Source of the DNA: an uncultured virus (IMG/VR IMGVR_UViG_3300027229_000005)
Taxonomy: Duplodnaviria > Heunggongvirae > Uroviricota > Caudoviricetes
Virus record (IMG/VR): IMGVR_UViG_3300027229_000005
Reading direction: 5' to 3' (one strand)
Length of the DNA: 64,000 bases
Shown here one piece after another: positions 55,087 to 62,380 of the stretch (position 1 is the stretch's first letter; every line of letters begins with the position of its first letter). The notes under the pieces are model-generated. The model ran no database searches, was not told the origin of the DNA, and saw nothing but the letters and a program-made list of their open reading frames with translations. The translations under genes were made by a program, and so were the position numbers.

Positions 55087-57078
55087 ATGGCACAAATTCG
55101 TTCAAAACAAATTTCAGATTTCTTAGCACAGGTTAACTGGGCAACTGTTAAGACAACTGAAATCCCTAACGCATTCGACGTTGACGCAAGATTCGACACA
55201 GTAGAATCTGATCTAGTAGACGAAAGCGCTGCAAGAGGCGCCGCTGACTCGGCTCTATCTGCATCTGTCGATTCTCTAGAAACTGCTCTATCTGCTGAGA
55301 TTGAGGCTACTAACACTGATGTTACTGAACTTTACGCAGCTCTATCTGCTGAAGCTGACACAAGAGAAACTGAGATGAACACTCACCACGATGAGCACGT
55401 TAGTCTTATCACCGCTGAGTCTGGAAGAGCTATCGCTGCTGAAGGTTTCCTAGGCGCATCTGTTGATTCTCTAGAAGTTGCTGTTTCTATCGAATCTGAA
55501 AGAATCAATGCGATTCTTGACGGTTCTACAGTTGATCTAGACCAATTTGCAGAAGTTGTTTCTTACGTAAACGGTCTTGACCTTGTGAATGATAACTCAT
55601 TCATCTCAAGAGAGACTTTCGTTGATGGTAGACTAAACAGACTAGACTCTTCAGTTGATTCTCTAGAATCTGCTCTAGCTGGCGAAATCGAAGCTACTAA
55701 CGGCGACGTTACTGCAATCAATGCTTCTATCGACTCTCTAGAAAACAAGGCTGGTACTGACGTTTCAGCTCTTATCGCTTCTGTTGATTCTCTAGAAGGT
55801 GTTGACGCAGACCTACAACAGGCTATCAATTCTCTTGAAGAGAAGCACAATGATGAGATGAACACTCACCACCTTGAGCACGTATCTCTAATTACAGCTG
55901 AAGAAGAAAGAGCTATCGCTGCTGAAGGTTTCCTAGGCGCATCTGTTGATTCTCTAGAGCTTGCTCTAGCGAACGAAATCGAAGCTACTAACACTGATGT
56001 TACTGCACTTTACGCAGCTATCGATGCTGAAGAAGGAAGAGCTGGCGCTGCTGAAGGTTTCCTAGGTGCTTCTGTTGACTCTCTAGAGCTTGCTCTAGCG
56101 AACGAAATCGAAGCTACTAACACTGATGTTACTGCACTTTACGCAGCTATCGATGCTGAAGAAGGAAGAGCTGGCGCTGCTGAAGGTTTCCTAGGTGCTT
56201 CTGTTGACTCTCTAGAGCTTGCTCTAGCGAACGAAATCGAAGCTACTAACACTGATGTTACTGCACTTTACGCAGCTATCAACACTGAGTCTGGAAGAGC
56301 AGGCGCTGCTGAAGGTTTCCTAGGCGCATCTGTTGATTCTCTAGAAGTTGCTGTTTCTATCGAATCTGAAAGAATTAACGCAATTCTTGACGGTTCTACA
56401 GTTGATCTAGACCAATTCGCAGAGGTTGTTTCTTACGTACAGGGTCTTGACCTTGTGAATGATAACTCATTCATCTCAAGAGAGCTTTACGTTAACAACT
56501 ACCTAACATCTCTAGACGCTTCAGTTGATTCTCTAGAATCTGCTCTAACTGGCGAAATCGAAGCTACTAACGACGACGTTACTGCAATCGGCGCTTCTAT
56601 CGACTCTCTAGAACTTGCATTGAACAACGGTTCAGGCGCTCTAGTTGATTCAGTTGACTCTCTAGAGCTTGCTCTAGCAGCTGAAATCTCAACTACTAAC
56701 GCTGAAGTTGCAGGTATTAACTTGTCAATTGACTCTCTAGAGCTTGCTCTAGCGAACGAAATCGAAGCTACTAACGGCGACGTTCTAGCTATCATCGATT
56801 CAGTTGATTCTCTAGAGCTTGCTCTAACAGCTGAGACTAATTTAAGAATTTTCGGTGATACATACGCTGAAGTTGAAGTTACTGGTATTACAGCTGCTGC
56901 TGGTCCAGTTGTTATTTCATCTCCAGTTCTATTCGCAGAAGGTTCTTTCGATACAGAAGTTTACGTTAACGGTCTAAGAGTAGCATTTACTCAAATGAAT
57001 CCTAATGATTTCGATCTAAACCTAGTTTATGCTATCGAAGCTTCTGACATCATCAGAATCGTTGGTGTTCAAGCTTAA
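55087..57078 (+). CDS. acidic coiled-coil fibre protein with S(V/I)DSLE repeats (start MAQIRSKQ)
   Basis: 14 S[VI]DSLE motifs; strong late-type codon bias; ATG 55087 lies after the late motif and leader hairpin. Confidence 0.8.
   Translation: MAQIRSKQISDFLAQVNWATVKTTEIPNAFDVDARFDTVESDLVDESAARGAADSALSASVDSLETALSAEIEATNTDVTELYAALSAEADTRETEMNTHHDEHVSLITAESGRAIAAEGFLGASVDSLEVAVSIESERINAILDGSTVDLDQFAEVVSYVNGLDLVNDNSFISRETFVDGRLNRLDSSVDSLESALAGEIEATNGDVTAINASIDSLENKAGTDVSALIASVDSLEGVDADLQQAINSLEEKHNDEMNTHHLEHVSLITAEEERAIAAEGFLGASVDSLELALANEIEATNTDVTALYAAIDAEEGRAGAAEGFLGASVDSLELALANEIEATNTDVTALYAAIDAEEGRAGAAEGFLGASVDSLELALANEIEATNTDVTALYAAINTESGRAGAAEGFLGASVDSLEVAVSIESERINAILDGSTVDLDQFAEVVSYVQGLDLVNDNSFISRELYVNNYLTSLDASVDSLESALTGEIEATNDDVTAIGASIDSLELALNNGSGALVDSVDSLELALAAEISTTNAEVAGINLSIDSLELALANEIEATNGDVLAIIDSVDSLELALTAETNLRIFGDTYAEVEVTGITAAAGPVVISSPVLFAEGSFDTEVYVNGLRVAFTQMNPNDFDLNLVYAIEASDIIRIVGVQA
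55918..56345 (+). repeat. about 3.3 near-identical tandem 129-nt (43-aa) coding repeats
   Basis: GCTGAAGGTTTCCTAGG recurs at 55921, 56050, 56179 and 56308. Confidence 0.9.
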
Positions 57079-57112
57079 TTGAATAACAACCTTTAAGTGA
57101 TTTAATTCACAG

Positions 57113-57141
57113 AGGGCTTCCCGCAAGGGAAGCCCTTTTTT
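57113..57141 (+). terminator. intrinsic terminator
   Basis: AGGGCTTCCC-GCAA-GGGAAGCCCT plus a T run. Confidence 0.9.
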
Positions 57142-57188
57142 ATTGACGAATAAATAAAACAAAGCCAGTAAAAACACTTACAATATAG

Positions 57189-58379
57189 ATGAAGATAGGA
57201 ATCACAATCGGTCTACAATCCGATTACGAAAGTATATGGATCAACGGTATTAAATTGAATGCCCTGCTCTTAGCAAATGCTCTAATGAAAATAGGCAAAT
57301 ATGAAGTTGTAATTCTCGATACTAGCCGAAAGGTAACAGATCTATCAAAGGTTTCATGGGACGTTAATAAATTTCCAATCGAAGATTATTGGAAAGTATA
57401 TCCAACCGTGGATATTTTAATAACACTTGGAACTTCTTTTCCAACTGAGATTTTAGATCAATTCAGAAAATCAGGACCAAATAAGAAGGTTGTCAAATAC
57501 ATGTGCGGTAATTCTTATGTAATTGATATGGAGCGTTCTATTTTTAAAGAAGGTAATGATCTGGGTAAAGCACCATGGGATCCAGGAGCCGATCAATTAT
57601 GGTACGTACCCCAACAGGGCTATCAAAATCATGAATACTATAAGGTTGCATTTAGAAATGAAAACGTTTTCCCAGTTCCTTTTGTATGGGATCCTATGTT
57701 TTTAGATATTGAGGTGCTTAGGGCAAGAATTAAAAAGACAAAAACGCCATACTACATTCCAGGTAAAGAAAACTCTGAAAAGCTTCTATCAGTATTTGAA
57801 CCTAACTTAAACGTAGTCAAATATGCAATGATACCTATTATGATTGCAGAGAAAGCACTTAGAGAAGGTGTAGAATTTAAGAAAATGAATGTGGCGAGTG
57901 GACAAAGACTTCTTAAGAATGGATACTTTAAGTCAATGATTGCGACTATGGATATTGTCAATGGCTCACAAGGTCCAAAGATTAGTTTCACATCACGATA
58001 CCCCGTTACTCACTACTTAGCTAATGGAGCTGACGTTATAGTTTCACATCAGTGGGAAAACCCACTAAATTATTCTTATCTAGACGTGATGTACTTTGGA
58101 TTTCCACTAGTTCACAATGCTGATATGATCAAGGATGCAGGGTACTACTATTCAGATTTCAATGTCAATGAGGGATACAATCAATTAAAATATGCAATTG
58201 AAGAACACGATAATAATCTAGAAGAGTATAAGCTAAGAAATCAAAAGGTACTAGACAGATACACTGTCAAAAACCAAGATCTATTAGATACTTACGAGAA
58301 GTTAATCGAAAATCTCTTTGAAAAGGATAAACATCAATTAAGTTACAATTACAATTGGCAAACTAATACATATTTCTAA
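57189..58379 (+). CDS. DUF2827-like protein (predicted GT-B-fold glycosyltransferase)
   Basis: MKIGITI..SIWINGIKLN, FEPNLNVVK, VSHQWENPLNYSYLDVMYFGFPLVHN, GYYY. Confidence 0.7.
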   Translation: MKIGITIGLQSDYESIWINGIKLNALLLANALMKIGKYEVVILDTSRKVTDLSKVSWDVNKFPIEDYWKVYPTVDILITLGTSFPTEILDQFRKSGPNKKVVKYMCGNSYVIDMERSIFKEGNDLGKAPWDPGADQLWYVPQQGYQNHEYYKVAFRNENVFPVPFVWDPMFLDIEVLRARIKKTKTPYYIPGKENSEKLLSVFEPNLNVVKYAMIPIMIAEKALREGVEFKKMNVASGQRLLKNGYFKSMIATMDIVNGSQGPKISFTSRYPVTHYLANGADVIVSHQWENPLNYSYLDVMYFGFPLVHNADMIKDAGYYYSDFNVNEGYNQLKYAIEEHDNNLEEYKLRNQKVLDRYTVKNQDLLDTYEKLIENLFEKDKHQLSYNYNWQTNTYF

Positions 58380-59135
58380 ATGAAAATCAGCGTTATCATG
58401 ATGAGCTACTTGGATGAATATCCAAATGCTAGAACCAATTCTATTCCAAAATTCAAAAGAGCTGTAAATTCTTTTTTAGAACAAGATTATGAAAATAAAG
58501 AATTGGTAATAGTAGCAGATGGATGTGACATAACTAAGAGCCTATATGAAAAGCATTTTTCAAAATACGATAATGTTAATTTAATTTGGGTTGAGAAATC
58601 AAAATCTAGATGGCCTGGAAAGATTAGACAATTAGGCATTTATTATTCAACAGGTGATTATATTGCATATTTAGATGCAGACGATGTTATTATGCCTACT
58701 CATTTAAGCTCAATTTCAAAAGCAATTACTGAATCTAATGGTGCAAAGTTCTTGCTTAATACCGGCGGATCTGTACCCATCATCATTGATGAACCCTATA
58801 AGTTTGAAAAAACTGGAATAATTGAAATAACTTCAAGCTTTAAGTTGGATATGCAAACTATTGAGAACAATGCTAAGGCCGGCAAAATTTACATTGTAGA
58901 CCTGCCATTGTATGGCAAGTTAATGTTATACAAGTTAACATTTGAAGATCCTTCAGGCACACATCTTGTCGTCCATTCCAGAAATGTAAATTCAAAATGG
59001 AGCAGTATCGATGATCCAATGGGCGGTGAAGACAAAGTATTTATTGAGGAATTGAAAAAAGAATACAAACCTTATATGTTCAAAGAGTATACATATATAG
59101 TCTGCCACTCTAAAATGAAAAATCATGACGTATAA
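58380..59135 (+). CDS. GT2 glycosyltransferase
   Basis: KISVIMMSY, ELVIVADGC, GDYIAYLDADD, GED. Confidence 0.88.
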   Translation: MKISVIMMSYLDEYPNARTNSIPKFKRAVNSFLEQDYENKELVIVADGCDITKSLYEKHFSKYDNVNLIWVEKSKSRWPGKIRQLGIYYSTGDYIAYLDADDVIMPTHLSSISKAITESNGAKFLLNTGGSVPIIIDEPYKFEKTGIIEITSSFKLDMQTIENNAKAGKIYIVDLPLYGKLMLYKLTFEDPSGTHLVVHSRNVNSKWSSIDDPMGGEDKVFIEELKKEYKPYMFKEYTYIVCHSKMKNHDV

Positions 59136-59137
59136 CC

Positions 59138-60268
59138 GTGAAAAACTATTTAGATCTATTAAACGAGTTTAATAACACTCCAAAACCGGTTGAATCTGAA
59201 AAAACTCAGGAGATTCAAAAGCCTATTCCTCCTTCTCCAGTTCTAAGACCTAGACCCGAAATTAAAAAGGTTGAATCCAAGCCAAAGATCGAAGATAAGA
59301 AAGTGGAACCTGCGCCTCCAAAGAAAAGTAGATTTGAACAAGCAAAGGAACAAATAGAAAAAGAAAAAACACTTCCAAGGCAAGAACCAACTCAAACTAA
59401 AATAGAGCCAACATCGCAGCCAACGATAAATGTTAAAACTTTTACAAGACCTATCATGAAAAAACCCGATCCAGCTCTAACACCCGCTCCAAAGGTTGAA
59501 TCAAGAAAAGCTATTGATTATCCTAAAATCTCAATTATAATGCAGACTTATCTTGGAGATTATCCAGGTTCTCGTATAAATTCTGAGCTTAAGTTTAAAA
59601 GAGCAATTGCAAGTTTCATTAAACAGACTTATGAAAATTGTGAGTTGATTATCGTTTCTGATGGATGTAGTGTAACTCATAATTTATGGATCAATGAAAT
59701 TCAAGGAATTAATCGCATCAAATATGCCTATGTAGATAAATCTGGATATGGCAATATGTATGAAAAAGATCAAACTGGAGAAAAGATCTATAGAGGAATT
59801 CCAAGAGCAGTGGGCGTAACTATCGCAACCGGTGATATTATTACATATTGTGACTCAGATGATTTTATGCTTCCGTATTTTTGTGAAATGCTAGTTCTTC
59901 AACATCGTGCAAATCCAAATTCAGATTGGATGGTAAATTCAGCATGGTTTGATCATGAAGCAATGATAACTTCATCCGCTGCTGCCGGAGAAGTCTTAAA
60001 ATCTTATGAAAATGCTAGAGTCTTAAACTCTCCTTTTTCTAAAGATTATAAATTTGTTGAATCAAGGGTTAAGGAAGGTTTTGTAGTTAATACACCTTGG
60101 TTGCTAGCTCACATGTCAAGTTGTGAAGTTAAATGGGAAGATTCTAAAGGAGGTGTTAGTGAAGATACGCTATTCGGTAGAAAGCTAAGATCTAAATATC
60201 CAACTGGCCACGTCTACTCAAGCCCAACGTATTTGAGATGTCACTATTCAGGCCTCTGGGACGTTTAA
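59138..60268 (+). CDS. GT2 glycosyltransferase with a Pro/Lys/Glu-rich disordered N-terminal extension
   Basis: PKISIIMQTY, ELIIVSDGC, GDIITYCDSDD, SED; about 125 aa of low-complexity N-terminus; GTG start. Confidence 0.85.
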   Translation: MKNYLDLLNEFNNTPKPVESEKTQEIQKPIPPSPVLRPRPEIKKVESKPKIEDKKVEPAPPKKSRFEQAKEQIEKEKTLPRQEPTQTKIEPTSQPTINVKTFTRPIMKKPDPALTPAPKVESRKAIDYPKISIIMQTYLGDYPGSRINSELKFKRAIASFIKQTYENCELIIVSDGCSVTHNLWINEIQGINRIKYAYVDKSGYGNMYEKDQTGEKIYRGIPRAVGVTIATGDIITYCDSDDFMLPYFCEMLVLQHRANPNSDWMVNSAWFDHEAMITSSAAAGEVLKSYENARVLNSPFSKDYKFVESRVKEGFVVNTPWLLAHMSSCEVKWEDSKGGVSEDTLFGRKLRSKYPTGHVYSSPTYLRCHYSGLWDV

Positions 60269-61453
60269 AAATACGGGATCATATCCATATTTTTGACAAT
60301 AGGCGTTCATTTTCTTTTGTAGCTCTGACGAAACTGATTGAAGTTCATTCTTTAAACTTTCAAATCCTTGATGTTTTCGATCATTAACCACGCTCTGTGG
60401 AGAAACCCATTTTACGTTTAGATTCTTATCTTTTAAGAAATTGAACAAATCTATGGCTTGATCTTCAACCCGATATGTAAACTTGGGTCCCATTTTAATT
60501 ATTAATTCGTCCCATCTTAAGATAGAATGAATAGCCTGTTCAACGGGATTCGATGATCTAGATACCCTGCCTCTTCTAATTCTAAATTTAAGAGATTCGG
60601 GCCTAACGTCTTCAGTGAAAACAATTGATGGAATAGAATCCTTAGGGTTTCTGACGTTATAAATTAAGATTTCAGGTTTTAACTTATCAGTGTGCTTAAT
60701 CCACGGCCATGGCCCATTTTCAATTACATGTTGCCACGCTACAATTCCATCCTCCATAAGTTTTTCGTGACCTATTCTTAAACCCCAGCTACTTAATATA
60801 GAAGCTGTAAAACCTGTCCCAGTTCTAGGATGTCCTACGCCTAAGATTAAAACCTTTTTACGATCTAATCCTAGCGATTTTTCCATGTGCTTAACATACT
60901 GTTGCATTATTTTGGGCTTTTCTTCTTCACTAGCGTGATACCAAGTCCATGCAACTGAACCCTGAATACCTTCAATTTCTTTTTGGACTTTATCACTTTC
61001 ATGTTTTAATTCATTAACATGATCATAATACTCTTCACCGAGTTCAATCTCCAACTTAATTGCAGTAGTAATTAAAAGAGCCCAGTTATAATCATCATTA
61101 GCTTTAATACTGCTCTCATATAACTGCTTAAGTCTTAATCTTTCGCTATCAGAAGTATCAGGTGATAGTCTGTCAGGGTGACACTTAACCACCATTTTTC
61201 TAAAAAGTTTCTTAAATGAAGGATCTCTTTCAGGCTCTTCTTCTGAATCTTTCGCTTGATTGGCCTGTTCAGCTGCATCTGAAGTTACCTTACTATCAAA
61301 TAAATCTGGCCTTTTTAATCCTGCAATCGCGGAGCTAAAATCAGAATTAATATTAGATTGTATTTCCTTTAGATCATTCAAGTCCTCAATGAAGAACTCA
61401 TATTGTCTAATCATTCGTTTGAAATCTATTATCTGAGAGCCTAGCTTTTTCAT
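60248..61453 (-). CDS. J-domain (HPD) / sulfotransferase-like fusion protein
   Basis: FKKLFRKMVVKCHPDRL; GVGHPRTGTGF (5'-PSB-like), VRNPKDSIPS (3'-PB-like), RVED, KYGY. Confidence 0.75.
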   Translation of the reverse strand: MKKLGSQIIDFKRMIRQYEFFIEDLNDLKEIQSNINSDFSSAIAGLKRPDLFDSKVTSDAAEQANQAKDSEEEPERDPSFKKLFRKMVVKCHPDRLSPDTSDSERLRLKQLYESSIKANDDYNWALLITTAIKLEIELGEEYYDHVNELKHESDKVQKEIEGIQGSVAWTWYHASEEEKPKIMQQYVKHMEKSLGLDRKKVLILGVGHPRTGTGFTASILSSWGLRIGHEKLMEDGIVAWQHVIENGPWPWIKHTDKLKPEILIYNVRNPKDSIPSIVFTEDVRPESLKFRIRRGRVSRSSNPVEQAIHSILRWDELIIKMGPKFTYRVEDQAIDLFNFLKDKNLNVKWVSPQSVVNDRKHQGFESLKNELQSVSSELQKKMNAYCQKYGYDPVFLNVPEA

Positions 61454-61529
61454 GCAATTTACGTAGATTAAGTCTTTGATTAAAATGATTAAAAATCAGC
61501 CAGTATGTAAACTTTAACCCAATCTTTGT

Positions 61530-61539
61530 GTATATATAC
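61530..61539. promoter_or_regulatory. palindromic late-type motif GTATATATAC between divergent genes
   Basis: Perfect 10-bp palindrome in the 138-bp divergent spacer. Confidence 0.55.
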
Positions 61540-61591
61540 CATAGTGAGAAAACCCTCAAACATAAACCTCAAATAAACAATCTAGTAAGAC

Positions 61592-62350
61592 ATGTCTCAA
61601 ATCAAAATCAAACAGATTGATGGCTTGCAAGAGATTCTTGACGCTATCATTCTTTCGATCACGTCTGGATCGCTAAAGTCAACCTTTACACAGGTTGGCC
61701 ATGGCTTCTCAGCAGGTCAGGTTGTTGCCTTCGACGGTGGTACATGGGTCCTTGCTGATGCATCTATTGAGGACAAACTAGGTAGAATTGTTATTGAATC
61801 AACTCCATCCGCCGACACTTTTGTCGGTGTTCAGGTTGGTAAGGTAACAGTTGCTACTTGGAATCTTGTCCCAGGTGCGTTTTATGTTGTTGACGATTCA
61901 GGAACGGGTAATCCTGTATTGTTCACAACAAACGACGCGTATGCATACAGTAACCCAATCATGCAGGCAATTACCGAAACGACAGCACATGTCCTTCCTT
62001 GGAGACCATCAGTTGGTGGCGCACCAGTCGACACAGGAGTCGAAGTGTACCAAAGAGATCAAAACCCTCTACCAACCAACGGTGATTATTCAGCGACGGG
62101 CATTACAATTAATTACACTCCTTTCTTGGATTCAGCGGTTGACATTCTAGTCAACGGTGTTGGTGTTCAAGAAGGAAACGGTGTTAGAACATCAGACTGT
62201 TACTTCTCCAATGACGGAGGTCTAACAGCTAAGCTGATTGCTGACATCGAAGCCGGCGACGAATTATACTGGAACGGCGAACTTTCAGGATTTGATTTGA
62301 CTGCAGATGACATTATTGACATCATCTACAACAAATCAGCTCTAGATTAA
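61592..62350 (+). CDS. putative virion structural protein
   Basis: MSQIKIKQI N-terminus similar to 55087; QVGHGFSAG; C-terminal domain shared with 53005-54951. Confidence 0.7.
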   Translation: MSQIKIKQIDGLQEILDAIILSITSGSLKSTFTQVGHGFSAGQVVAFDGGTWVLADASIEDKLGRIVIESTPSADTFVGVQVGKVTVATWNLVPGAFYVVDDSGTGNPVLFTTNDAYAYSNPIMQAITETTAHVLPWRPSVGGAPVDTGVEVYQRDQNPLPTNGDYSATGITINYTPFLDSAVDILVNGVGVQEGNGVRTSDCYFSNDGGLTAKLIADIEAGDELYWNGELSGFDLTADDIIDIIYNKSALD

Positions 62351-62380
62351 ACCTAAACCAAAACAGACATTTATTATAAA

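Noticed and set aside
51202..56345. Tandem repeats as a possible CRISPR array
   Set aside because: Units are codon multiples with synonymous variation, no unique spacers and no cas genes.
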